NCBI GenBank assembly: GCA_963762315.1
Contig: CAVXKO010000004.1
Span: 1,305,707 to 1,369,706, forward strand
Source: an uncultured Gammaproteobacteria bacterium
Lineage (GTDB): Bacteria; Pseudomonadota; Gammaproteobacteria; Steroidobacterales; Steroidobacteraceae
DNA: 64,000 nt
Direction of reading: 5' to 3'
Made by a program: the position numbers and the translations under genes. Shown here in pieces: positions 19,371 to 29,444 of the stretch (positions are counted from its first letter, which is position 1; each line of letters starts with the position of its first letter). The notes below the pieces were generated by a model. That model was given only the letters and a program-made list of their open reading frames with translations. It was not told the DNA's origin and did not search any database.

Positions 19371-21786
19371 TCACGCGCGCATGCGCAGTCCCTTCGGATC
19401 GTAAAGCGCTTCCGCAGATCGGACGGCCGCCCGCTTCTCGCCCATCAGCTCGACGGCGAAGCCGCTCGGTCTCGTTCGCCACCGCGTTGTCGACATACCC
19501 GAGTGCGATCGACTTGCCGACGCAGTGGCCGTAGCCGCCCGACGTCACCCAGCCAACCACCTTGTCGCCGTGCCAGATCGGCTCGTCGCCGATGGCGTCC
19601 GCGTCATTGGCATCGACGGCCAGCGTGATGAGCTTGCGCACACCGCCGCTCGCCTTCTCCGCGGCCACAGCCGCGCGACCGATGAACTCGCCCTTGTCGA
19701 GGTGCACGAAGCGGCCGAGGCCCGGCCTCGTACGGCCCGTAGATGGGACGGAACTCGCGCGCCCAGTTGCCGAAGCTCTTCTCGAGGCGCAGCGAGTTGA
19801 GCGCACGCCCGCCGAAATTCCGCAGCCCGTGACCCTTGCCCGCTTCGTGCAGCAGGTCGTACAGCGAGCGCAGGTACTCCGACGTCACCCAGATCTCGTA
19901 ACCCATCTCGCCGGTGAACGACACGCGGCCGACGAGCGCCGGGATCATGCCCACGTCCATCTGCGCGAACGACATGAACGGGAACGCGGCGGTCGAGAGG
20001 TCGTGGTCCACGAGCTTCTGCAGGACATCCCGCGACTTCGGGCCGGCGACGGACAGGCCCAGGTATTCCATCGCGCACGGCCGCACGTGTGACGCCGGAC
20101 GGCGGCAGGTGCTTCTCGAACCAGCGCAGGTAGAAGACTTCAGCCGCATAGGTGCCGACGACGAAGAAGCGGTCTTCGCGGACGCGGCACATCGTGAAGT
20201 CGCCGATCAGGCGGCCCCGCTCGTTCAACATCGGCGAAAGCGCGATGCGGCCGACCGCCGGAACCTTGCACGCCATGATCTTCGAAAGCCACTCGGCTGC
20301 CTTCGGCCCGGTGATCTCGAACTTGCCGTAGTTGGAAATCTCGATCAGTCCGCAGCCTTCGCGGACGGCGCGGCACTCGCCGGCGACGTGCGGATGCGCA
20401 TTCGAGCGGCGGAACGTCGCATCCTCGCGGGCCGGCGAGCCCTTCGGCGCGAACCACAGCGGGTGCTCGAGCGTGCAGTAGTCGCCGAACACGGCATTCT
20501 CGGCCTGCAGCTTCTCGTAGATCGGCGTCGTGCGCAGCGGGCGGGCGGCCTCGAGTTCCTCGTTCGGGAAACGGATGCGGAAGCGCCGCGAGTAGTTCTC
20601 GCGCACTTTCGCGTTCGTGTAGGGCCGATTGGCCCAGTCGCCGTAGCGCGCGACGTCCATCGCCCAGATGTCCGCGCCCGGGTCGCCGTCGACCATCCAG
20701 TTCGCGAGCGAGAGGCCGACACCGCCGCCCTGGCTGAGGCCCGCCATGACGCCACAGGCCACCCAGTAGTTCTTCAGGCCCTTGACCGGGCCGATGAGCG
20801 GATTGCCGTCGGGCGCGAACGTGAACGGGCCGTTGACGACCTTCTTGATGCCGGCGCTCTCGAGGCGCGGGAAATGCTCGAATGCCACGCTGACACTCGG
20901 CGCGATGCGCTCGAGGTCGTTCGGCAGCAGGTCCTGGCCGAAGTCCCAGGGCGTCGTCTTCGGCGACCACGGCACGCCCGCGCGCTCATACGTGCCGAGC
21001 AGCATGCCGCCGCGCTCCTGGCGCATGTAGATCTCGGCTTCGAAGTCGATGACGTGCAGCAGTTCCTTCTGGCCTTTCAGTTCCGGCAGGTCTTCGGTGA
21101 TGAAGTACTGGTGCTCCATCGCGAGGATCGGCAGCTCGAGCCCGACGAAGCGCCCGACCTCGCGCGCCCACAGGCCGCCCGCGTTGACGACGTGCTCCGC
21201 ATGCACCGTGCCCTTTTCGGTGACGACGTCCCAGGTGCCGTCGGCGCGCTGCTTCGTGTCGACGCACGCGGTTCTGGCGCACGACCTCGGCGCCGCCGAT
21301 CTGCGCCGACTTGGCATAGGCATGCGTCACGCCGTAGGGATCGACGTGGCCTTCGATCGGATCGTAGATCGCCCCGAGGAAATGCTTTTCCTCGAGCAGC
21401 GGATATATTTTCTTGGCTTCGGCCGGCGTGATCAGCTGCAGGTCCATGCCGAGATAGCGGCCGCGCGCCTGCGCCATGCGCAGCCAGTCCACGCGCTCGG
21501 GCGTGCCGGCCAGCATGAGGCCGCCGGTGATGTGCACGCCGCAGGAGACGCCGGAGATCTGCTCGATCTCCTTGTACAGGTTGATCGTGTACTGCTGCAG
21601 CTTGGCGACGTTGGGGTCGCCGTTGACCGTGTGCATGCCGCCCGCGGCATGCCAGGTCGAGCCCGAAGTGAGCTCCGCTCGCTCGATGAGCAGCACGTCT
21701 TTCCAGCCGGCCTTGGTGAGGTGATACAGCACGCTCGCGCCGACGACGCCGCCACCGATCACCGCCACCTGCACATGGTTCCGCAT
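19371..21786 (-). pseudogene. Dimethylglycine/sarcosine dehydrogenase-family paralog 3, at least 4 frameshifts (near 21264, 20090, 19722, 19463)
   Basis: The protein can be followed through four frames: MRNHVQVAVIGGGVVGAS...GGAEVVRQNRV | VDTKQRADGTWDVV...WFEKHLPPSGV | HVRPCAMEYLGLSVAGPKSRDV...FRPIYGPYEAG | LGRFVHLDKGEF...GYVDNAVANE | GFAVELMGEKRAAVRSAEALYDPKGLRMRA-stop. Confidence 0.8.
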
Positions 21787-21845
21787 ATCCGCTCCCGCTG
21801 AATTGCCTTTGCTGTGATCGAGTGTTTCGATGCCGGCATGCCGGA

Positions 21846-23402
21846 TCAGGTCACCGGCGGCGCTCCGCCCTCTTCCGTGCGGCGCGCAATGAAGGCGCTC
21901 ATCGCCTCGACCACGGCTGGGTCGCGCTCGGGCGCCACGTAGCGCGCCAGTGTTTCCTGGTACACGGTGTTGGCGCGTTCGGTGGCCGTCTTCGCGCCGT
22001 CGTTCGACCAGGTGCCGTAGTTGCGCCAGTCGGAGATGAGCGGCGAATAGAACGCCGTCCTGTACCGCTCCATCGTGTGCGCGCAGGCGAAGAAGTGCCC
22101 GCCGTAGCCGACTTCCGCAATCGCGTCGAGCGCGAGGTCCGCGACTTCCGCCCCGACGGGCTGGAACAGTTCGGCGAACATCTGCAGCATCTCGATGTCC
22201 ATGATGAATTTCTCATAGGACGTCGAGAGGCCACCCTCGAGCCAGCCGGCCGCGTGCAGCATGAAATTGGCGCCGCCCATCAGCGCGCCCCACAGGCTCA
22301 TCTGCGCCTCGTACGCGGCCTGCGCATCCGGCGCGTTCGACGCGGTGGCGTTCGACGAGCGCCAGGGCAGCTTGATGTGACGAGCGAGCTGCCCGGCGCC
22401 GAAGGACGCCTTGGAATACTCGGGCGTGCCGAATGCAGGCGATCCGGATTTCATGTCCACATTGGACGTGAAGCTGCCGTAGATGATCGGCGTGCCCGGG
22501 CGGACCATCTGCGCCAGCGTGATGCCGGCCAACGCCTCCGCATGCGCAAGCAACAGCGCACCGGTGATCGTCACCGGAGCCATCGCGCCCGCGAGCGTGA
22601 ACGGCGTGATGATCAGCACCTGCCCCGCTTCGGCGAAGTCGATGATGCCCTCGGCCATCGGGATGTCGAGCTGCAGCGGCGAATTCGTGTTGATGACCGT
22701 CCAGACGTACGGCTTCTTCCTGAAGTCGTCGGCGCTGACGCCGTGCGCGAGGCGAATCAGCTCGAACGAGTCCGCGATCTGCTTCGAGCCGCGCGAAAAG
22801 ATGAACGGCACCTTGTCCGAGAGCAGCAGCATCGAGCGCGTGGTCTCGTAGTGGCGCAGGTGCACGGGCACGTCCTGCGGCTCCACGGCTCCGCCGAGCG
22901 AATGGATCACGTCGAAGCTCTGGCACAGCTTGATGAGGTTGCAGAAGTCCTCGAACGTGCCCGCGCGACGCCCGTGGTGGATGTCCATGATGTTCGGCGG
23001 ACCCGACGTCGGCGCGAGGCAGACGTGCCGGCCGCCGACCGGCACGTGCAGTTCCGGGTTCAGCGCCTGGAAGGTGAACTGGCTCGGGGTCGTCGCGAGC
23101 GCCTTGGCGACCAGCGCGCGATCGAGGCGCACCACCTGGGTGGCCTCGTCGACGGTGGCGCCGCCCTCGCGCGTACCGCTTGCGGGCCAGGGCCGACAGC
23201 ACCTTCATGCCCTGGGTTTCGAGCACGCCGAGCGCGGCCTCGTGGATCGCCGCCACCTGGTCGTCCGAGTAGATCCGCGGGCGGCTCGAACGGATTGACC
23301 AGGCGGCGATAGGCGCGCGAGCGCTCGACTGTCGGCGCGCGTCACCGGAGCCGGGCGGCGCCGACCCGCACGCCGGGCGCTGTTCGTTTCGGGCTCGCTC
23401 AT
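21846..23402 (-). pseudogene. MttB-superfamily (trimethylamine methyltransferase family, non-Pyl) protein, copy 1, about 3 frameshifts in the first 250 nt
   Basis: The C-terminal 429 aa are uninterrupted and collinear with the intact copy at 39840..41423 (e.g. LVRPGTPIIYGSFTSNVDMKSGSPAFGTPE versus LVRPGAPVVLGSFASSMSMQSGAPTFGTPE). The N-terminus is spread over frames: MSEPETNSARRAGRRR... / YRRLVNPFEPP / RIYSDDQVAAIHEAALGVLETQGMKV / GGATVDEATQVVRLDRALV. The ATG at 23402 overlaps the lysR stop. Confidence 0.75.
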
Positions 23403-24385
23403 TCTTCTGCCACTCCCGGGGTACTGGCCGCCGTGCTGCGTCCCGCGACCAACCCGCGGACGGCGCGCGGACCGACTTGCTCGATGAGCCACGAGCGGAA
23501 CAGGGCGGTGGCCGTGTCGCTCAGCGCCTCGGGATCGGTGACGAGGTAGTACCCAAAGCCCTCGTCGAGGGTCTCCTCGAAGGGACAGACCAGCCGGCCC
23601 GCATCGAGGTGATCGCGGAACAGCGCCAGGTCCACCAGTGCCAGCCCCGAGCCGCTCAGGATGTACTGGACGGTGAGTATTTCGGTATCGAAGACGAGGC
23701 CGCGCTCGACTTCGAGGCCCGGCAGCCCGTGATGACGCACGAACTGCGACCAGAAATGGCGACGCGGGAGTCCTTCCACGCGCATGTGCACGAGTTCGTT
23801 GTCACGGATGAAGGTCTCGAGGTTCTTGCCGGCGTGGCGTGCCGCGAGGTCCGGGTGACAGAGGATGCCCAGCTTCGCAGGCCACAAGAGGTCGCTCACG
23901 CGGTCGGTCACGGACGGACGCGAATACAGCACCGCCACGTCGACGTCGCTCGCGGGCGGGCCGATGCCGTAGGGGCTGACGACGTCGATCTCGACCTCGG
24001 GATTGGCGCAACGGAAGTCCTGCAGGATCGGCACCATCAGGTGCGCTGCAAAACTGGGCGGCATCTGCACCCGCAGCGTGCGCAGGCGCGGCGCCTTGGC
24101 GTCGCGAATCTCGTCGATGGCGTGCTCGAGGCGGTCGAAGGAGCGCGACACGACCGGCAGCAGGTGCTGGCCCGCCGCCGTGAGCACCAGCGAATGCGGG
24201 CGCCGCTCGAACAACTTCACTCCGATCAGGTTCTCGAGGGCGATGACATGGCGCGAGAGCGCGCTCTGGGCGATGTTGAGCGCGCTGGCGGCGCTGGTGA
24301 AGCTGCCATAGCGGGCCACGCCCTCGAAGGCCCGCAGCGCGTTGAGCGGCAGCCAGCGACGGTCGATGCGCACCTTGTCCATCAT
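23399..24385 (-). CDS. LysR-family transcriptional regulator (GcvA-like N-terminus)
   Basis: MMDKVRIDRRWLPLNALRAFEGVARYGSFTSAASALNIAQSALSRHV is an HTH_1-type motif. 328 aa. The stop overlaps the start of mttB copy 1 (ATGA). Confidence 0.85.
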   Translation of the reverse strand: MMDKVRIDRRWLPLNALRAFEGVARYGSFTSAASALNIAQSALSRHVIALENLIGVKLFERRPHSLVLTAAGQHLLPVVSRSFDRLEHAIDEIRDAKAPRLRTLRVQMPPSFAAHLMVPILQDFRCANPEVEIDVVSPYGIGPPASDVDVAVLYSRPSVTDRVSDLLWPAKLGILCHPDLAARHAGKNLETFIRDNELVHMRVEGLPRRHFWSQFVRHHGLPGLEVERGLVFDTEILTVQYILSGSGLALVDLALFRDHLDAGRLVCPFEETLDEGFGYYLVTDPEALSDTATALFRSWLIEQVGPRAVRGLVAGRSTAASTPGVAEE

Positions 24386-24465
24386 TGGATTCCTCGCCCC
24401 GCGAAACGCCGTCCGAGGTGCCCCACGCCCCTCACCGGGCAGATCGGGTGCTTCCCCCAGACTTG

Positions 24466-24484
24466 TTGCGCAAGCGTGGCGCAA
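24466..24484. promoter_or_regulatory. Candidate LysR-type operator: TTGCGC-N7-GCGCAA palindrome in the divergent lysR / TonB-receptor intergenic region
   Basis: Perfect 6-bp inverted repeat ttgcgcaagcgtggcgcaa, 81 nt upstream of the lysR ATG. It resembles the T-N11-A style dyads of LTTR sites. There is no experimental support. Confidence 0.3.
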
Positions 24485-24695
24485 TCGCCACACGCCGGGC
24501 AATGCCTTTTTTTCGATCCGGTTAATGCTTTTTTCAGATGCGGCAAGTGTGGACTTCTACGTATTTAGCTTGATATCTTCGGGCCGCAGTGCGATTGGCC
24601 GGGCGGCGAGCCGCACGGTCTCGAGAAAGCGGCAACATCCAGCCGGTAGCCGGAGTTGCATCAGAAACACAGCGAATGTCAGGGGGCCTCCACGC

Positions 24696-27338
24696 ATGAA
24701 CTACAGACTCGCATCCACCGTTGGCGCCATTCTTGCGGCCAGCGCGGCGCAATCCGCATATGCACAGCAGGCGGCATCCGGCGGAGGTCTCGAGGAAGTC
24801 GTCGTCACGGCCCAGCGCCGTTCCGAGAACCTGCAGGACGTGCCGATCTCGATCCAGGCCCTGACCGGCGACACGCTCAGCCAACTCAACGTATCGACGA
24901 TCGAGGAGTTCGTCAGGTTCCTGCCCAGCGTCACGACGGCGAGCATCGGACCGGGCCAGAGCAACATCTACATGCGCGGTCTCAACACCGGCACGCTGGG
25001 CACTCAAGGTTCCGGCACCAACGGTCCGTGGCCGAACGTAGCCGTCTACCTTGACGAACAGTCTACGCAGGTTCCAGGCCGCAACCTCGACGTCTACGCG
25101 GCCGACTTCGAGCGCATCGAAGTCCTGACGGGCCCTCAGGGCACACTTTTCGGCGCCGGCGCCCAGGCGGGCGTGCTGCGTTACATCACGAACAAGCCCG
25201 TGATGAACGAGTTCCAGTCCAACGTGAAGGCCGGCGTCGCGTCGACGGCCCATGGGTCTGAAAGCTATAACGTCGAAGGCGTCGTCAACCTGCCGATCAT
25301 CGACGACAAGCTGTCGGCACGACTCGTCGCGTATTACGACAAGCGTGGCGGCTACATCGACAACGTCTACAGCACGTTCACGAGGCAACCCACAGACCTT
25401 TCCTTCGCAGTACTGACGGGCGGCGTGGTTCCGACAGACTCAGTCGTGATCAACAATGGCGCGATCGTCAAGGACGACATCAACGAGGTCGAGTACACCG
25501 GCGCACGCGGGAGCCTGAAGTGGCAGATCACCGACGACTGGGATGCCCTGCTGGCCATCGCGTACCAGAAGATCGACGGCGAGGGCGTGTTTTACGAGAC
25601 CCCGAATGGCTCCGACTCCGGTTGCGGCGTCGTCGTTGGCGGAGTTCTCCCCCAGAACTGCCCACAGTCCACCCAACGGCTCAAGCCGCTCGAGGTGACG
25701 GTCTTTAACAACGCGTACACCGAAGACGAGTTCGTCAACACTGCGCTGACCATCAACGGCAAGGTGGGCGCGCTCGACCTGGTCTACGCCGGCGCCTACC
25801 TGACGCGCGACGCCGAGACCGTCTCCGATTACACCAACTATGCACGCGGCTTGTACGGTGCTTACTACCAGTGCGATGGGTATGCCGGGACCTCTGTCGA
25901 CAAGTGCTACACGCCGTCGAGCGTGTGGAACGATAAGAACGACAACACCAACATGAGCCATGAAATCCGCCTGAGCAGCCCGACGGACTGGCGCATGCGC
26001 TTCGTTGGTGGCGTGTTCTATGAAGATCGCGAAGTTCAGGCGACGACCGATTGGCTTTACAAGTCCGTCCCCGAGTGCCCGGCGGGCACCACCCCGTCGG
26101 CCAGCGACTGCTTCTATTATCTCGATCCTGTGAATACGGCGAAGTTCGCGTCGGCAACCTTCAACAATCGCAATCGACGCTCCCCGACCACGGGATTCAT
26201 CAATGACTTCACCCGCGAATATTCGCAGTTTGCCGCGTTTGCGTCCGTTGATTTCGACATCCTCGAGAATCTGACCCTGACGCTTGGCACACGGTATTAC
26301 GACATCGAAAACTCGATGCGGGGCGCGAACGTCGGTAGCTTTAACTGCAAGGCCTATGGCGGCGGCGTGGAGGCGCGCTGCGCGGTCCCGTACGGACAAA
26401 ACGTCAACGAGCAGCCCATCAACGATCTCCAGGACGACGGGTTCAAGAGCCGGGCCAACCTGACCTGGCGCGTGAATACCGACGTGCTGTTGTACGCAAC
26501 CTGGTCCGAAGGCTATCGCCCTGGTGGCTTCAACCGCGGCACATCGCTGGTCGCCTATGATCCCGAAACGCTTCGGCCCCAGTATCAAAGGCCCTACGCC
26601 TACGAGGGAGACGACCTGACCAACATCGAGCTGGGCTGGAAGACGACATTCTGGGACGGGCGGGCGCAGTTCAACGGCGCGATCTACCAGGTCTCTTGGA
26701 AAGACGCGCAGACAGGATTTTTTGCGCCGCAGCTCGGCTTTGGCAACCTGCAGTTCTTCACGAACGGCCCTGACTATGAAGTCAATGGCATTGAGTTCGA
26801 TCTCGCCCTGGCACCGATCGACGGCCTGACGGTGAATCTGGCCGGCTCCTACAACAAGGGCGAACTGACGAACTCGCCGCAGTTGATCAACAACATCCCG
26901 GGCGACCCGAAGGAAGGTCAGCCGATCACCGATTCGTGCATCAACTCCGCCTGCTCGGCAAGCGTGCCGCTCGTAGATGTGTTTGGTGCGGAAGGTACCG
27001 AACTGGCGAACTCGCCCAAACTGCAGTTCAACATTCGTGCGCGCTACGAGTGGGCGTGGGGCGACTTCCAGCCCTACGTCGGAACCGCCGTGCAGTACCA
27101 GGACGAGTCATACTCCTCGGCCAATACGGTCAATCGATACTTGATGCCTTCCTGGACCACCTGGGATGCCTCGTTTGGCGTGAGCAAGGACGCGTGGAAC
27201 GCCGAGTTCTACGTCGTCAATCTGACGGACGAGGATGCAAGCCTGTACACGACGGCTTCGCAGTTCATCATTGCCGAGGTACCGATTCGGCCGCGTACGA
27301 TGGGCCTGCGGGTCGCCTACAGTTTCGGCGGCAACTGA
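24696..27338 (+). CDS. TonB-dependent outer-membrane receptor
   Basis: Signal peptide MNYRLASTVGAILAASAAQSAYAQQ; plug motif LEEVVVTAQRRSENLQDVPISIQAL; about 880 aa of beta-barrel-like sequence rich in Y/G/N/D; ends in a YSF-type terminal strand. Confidence 0.9.
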   Translation: MNYRLASTVGAILAASAAQSAYAQQAASGGGLEEVVVTAQRRSENLQDVPISIQALTGDTLSQLNVSTIEEFVRFLPSVTTASIGPGQSNIYMRGLNTGTLGTQGSGTNGPWPNVAVYLDEQSTQVPGRNLDVYAADFERIEVLTGPQGTLFGAGAQAGVLRYITNKPVMNEFQSNVKAGVASTAHGSESYNVEGVVNLPIIDDKLSARLVAYYDKRGGYIDNVYSTFTRQPTDLSFAVLTGGVVPTDSVVINNGAIVKDDINEVEYTGARGSLKWQITDDWDALLAIAYQKIDGEGVFYETPNGSDSGCGVVVGGVLPQNCPQSTQRLKPLEVTVFNNAYTEDEFVNTALTINGKVGALDLVYAGAYLTRDAETVSDYTNYARGLYGAYYQCDGYAGTSVDKCYTPSSVWNDKNDNTNMSHEIRLSSPTDWRMRFVGGVFYEDREVQATTDWLYKSVPECPAGTTPSASDCFYYLDPVNTAKFASATFNNRNRRSPTTGFINDFTREYSQFAAFASVDFDILENLTLTLGTRYYDIENSMRGANVGSFNCKAYGGGVEARCAVPYGQNVNEQPINDLQDDGFKSRANLTWRVNTDVLLYATWSEGYRPGGFNRGTSLVAYDPETLRPQYQRPYAYEGDDLTNIELGWKTTFWDGRAQFNGAIYQVSWKDAQTGFFAPQLGFGNLQFFTNGPDYEVNGIEFDLALAPIDGLTVNLAGSYNKGELTNSPQLINNIPGDPKEGQPITDSCINSACSASVPLVDVFGAEGTELANSPKLQFNIRARYEWAWGDFQPYVGTAVQYQDESYSSANTVNRYLMPSWTTWDASFGVSKDAWNAEFYVVNLTDEDASLYTTASQFIIAEVPIRPRTMGLRVAYSFGGN

Positions 27339-27355
27339 TCGCTCCTTGTCTTGAA

Positions 27356-27393
27356 GCAGGCCGGTGGAGTGATCCACCGGCCTGTTTTGCTTT
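27356..27393 (+). terminator. Rho-independent terminator after the TonB receptor gene
   Basis: CAGGCCGGTGGA-GTGA-TCCACCGGCCTG (12-bp perfect stem) followed by TTTTGCTTTT, 18 nt after the stop. Confidence 0.7.
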
Positions 27394-27419
27394 TGCGGCA
27401 GATCGGTCATCATCGCGGC

Positions 27420-29426
27420 ATGCAGCCCGCCACCACGCCGAGCAACCCACCGATTTCGCCCGACCTGGATCAGGCGTTGCTCGATCTGCGGCAACAGATC
27501 GAACAGCGCCAGTTTGACGACGCATTGCACGCGACCGACCGCCTGCTTGCAAGCTCCCCGGGACATCGCGACCTGCTTTACATGCGCGCCGTGGCTTTAC
27601 GGCACCTAGGCCGAGTGCCGGAGGCGCTCGCGACGCTGAACACCCTGGAAGACATGCATCCGACCTACCCTCGGCTGTTCCAGGAGCGCGGACATTGCCA
27701 TGTGTTTCTGCGCCAGGCACCGGAGGCAATCCAGGCGTTCACCAAGGCAGTTGAATTGAATCCGGCCCTGCCGGCGAGCTGGCGAATGCTCGCATCGCTC
27801 TATGCGCTCACGGGCCGCCGGTCCGAGGCAGAAAATGCCGCTCAACACGTCGCCAAGCTCGCCACCCTCGCCACCGAGGTAGTCACCGCCCGCAGCATGC
27901 TCGATGACGGCAACCTGCTGGAGGCTGAGGCGCTGATCCGGCCTTACGTCAAGCGCGCACCCCATGACATCGAAGGCTTGCGTGTGTTTGCGCTCATCGC
28001 GCAGCGGAGCGGATTCTCGAGGGATGCCGCGACCGTCCTCGAGGAGGTCGTGGCGATGGACCCCGAGTATCACGCTGCGCGCCAGGACCTGGTGGATGCG
28101 CTGCTGTTGACCCGCCAGCACGCCCGCGCGCGGGAACACATAGCGATACTGATGCGAGCTCAGCCGGACGAGTCGAGGCATCGACGCACGCTGGCGAGCA
28201 TCCTCGTCAGCCAGGGTTTGACGACCGAGGCCATCGACCTGTTCCGCGAACTCCTTGGCGAGCACCCAGATGACCCGGATTTGCACATGTACTTCGGACA
28301 CGCATTGAAGACGAATGGAAGCCGCGCCGAGGCCGAGCATCATTACCAGGAGGCGGTGCGACTTCGTCCAAGTTTCGGAGAGGCCTACTGGAGCCTGGCG
28401 AATCTGAAGACATATCGGTTCTCGACGCAGCAGATTGCCGCTATGCGCGGCCAGGTCGACGCGCCGCGAGTTCCCCTGGCGGACCGGTATCACCTGTGTT
28501 TTGCGCTGGGCAAGGCCTACGAAGACATTGGCAGTTACGAGGACTCCTTTCACTTCTATGCGCGTGGCAACGCATTCAAGAAAGCGGAGTCCACCTACCG
28601 GCTCGAATCGCTGGAGCGAACGGCGCAGAAGCAGATCGAACTCTGCACCCCTGAGTTCTTCCGGCAGCGTGAAGGTTACGGCTTCGCCGACCCCGCGCCG
28701 ATATTCATCGTGGGACTGCCTCGCGCCGGCTCGACCCTGCTGGAACAGATCCTCGCGTCGCACTCGCAGGTCGAAGGCACGATGGAACTTGCCAATGTTC
28801 CGCGACTCGTCAGCTCGATCGCTCTGCATCCGAGTGGCGCGCGCTACCCAGGCGCGCTGGAGCTACTGTCGGCCGAGGAATACCGTGGCTTCGGCGAGGC
28901 CTACATCCGCGACACAGGCATCTATCGTGTAACCAACAAGCCCTTCTTCATCGACAAGTTGCCGAACAATTTCCGGCACATCAGCCTGATCCACTTGATG
29001 CTGCCGAATGCAAAGATCATAGACGCGCGGCGCGAGCCGATGGCGTGCTGCTTCAGCAACTTCAAGCAGCTGTTCGCGTCTGGGCAGCAGTTCACGTACC
29101 AGCTCGAAGACATCGGCCGCTATTACGCGCTGTATGTCAGCCTGATGAACCACTGGGACTCGGTTCTGCCGGGACGGGTCCTGCGCGTGCAGCACGAGGA
29201 CGTCATCGACGATCTGGAAGGCAGCGTACGCCGTATCTTGGATTACTGCGGCCTGCCCTTCGAACAATCCTGCGTCGAGTTCCACAAGAACGAGCGCGGC
29301 GTGCACACCGCCAGCTCCGAGCAGGTTCGGCGCCCGATCAACCGCGAAGGCGTCGACCAGTGGAAGAACTTCGAGCCGTGGCTCGGCCCGCTGCGCGAGG
29401 CGCTCGGACCGCTCGCTACGACCTGA
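27420..29426 (+). CDS. TPR-repeat protein with C-terminal PAPS-dependent sulfotransferase domain
   Basis: The N-terminal about 400 aa form repeated TPR-like helices. The C-terminal part has IFIVGLPRAGSTLLEQILASHS (5'-PSB loop) and a RRPINREGVDQWKNF tail. ATG 27420 was chosen because the terminator occupies 27356-27393. Confidence 0.75.
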   Translation: MQPATTPSNPPISPDLDQALLDLRQQIEQRQFDDALHATDRLLASSPGHRDLLYMRAVALRHLGRVPEALATLNTLEDMHPTYPRLFQERGHCHVFLRQAPEAIQAFTKAVELNPALPASWRMLASLYALTGRRSEAENAAQHVAKLATLATEVVTARSMLDDGNLLEAEALIRPYVKRAPHDIEGLRVFALIAQRSGFSRDAATVLEEVVAMDPEYHAARQDLVDALLLTRQHARAREHIAILMRAQPDESRHRRTLASILVSQGLTTEAIDLFRELLGEHPDDPDLHMYFGHALKTNGSRAEAEHHYQEAVRLRPSFGEAYWSLANLKTYRFSTQQIAAMRGQVDAPRVPLADRYHLCFALGKAYEDIGSYEDSFHFYARGNAFKKAESTYRLESLERTAQKQIELCTPEFFRQREGYGFADPAPIFIVGLPRAGSTLLEQILASHSQVEGTMELANVPRLVSSIALHPSGARYPGALELLSAEEYRGFGEAYIRDTGIYRVTNKPFFIDKLPNNFRHISLIHLMLPNAKIIDARREPMACCFSNFKQLFASGQQFTYQLEDIGRYYALYVSLMNHWDSVLPGRVLRVQHEDVIDDLEGSVRRILDYCGLPFEQSCVEFHKNERGVHTASSEQVRRPINREGVDQWKNFEPWLGPLREALGPLATT

Positions 29427-29444
29427 ACCGGAGTACGCGACTCG

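Noticed and set aside
21846-23135. A possible pyrrolysine (in-frame TAG) codon in the mttB homologs.
   Set aside because: Both homologs read through the region equivalent to the Pyl site without any TAG, so they are non-Pyl family members.
24386-24695. A cobalamin riboswitch upstream of the TonB receptor genes (also checked at 43902-43923 and 33220-33601).
   Set aside because: I found no B12 box or GCCACTG core by eye, and the 43.9-kb gap is only 22 nt. A covariance-model scan would be needed to exclude divergent variants.
27351-27419. An upstream ATG (27351) for the sulfotransferase gene.
   Set aside because: That extension would be translated through the strong terminator hairpin of the preceding gene. 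ATG 27420 is more plausible.
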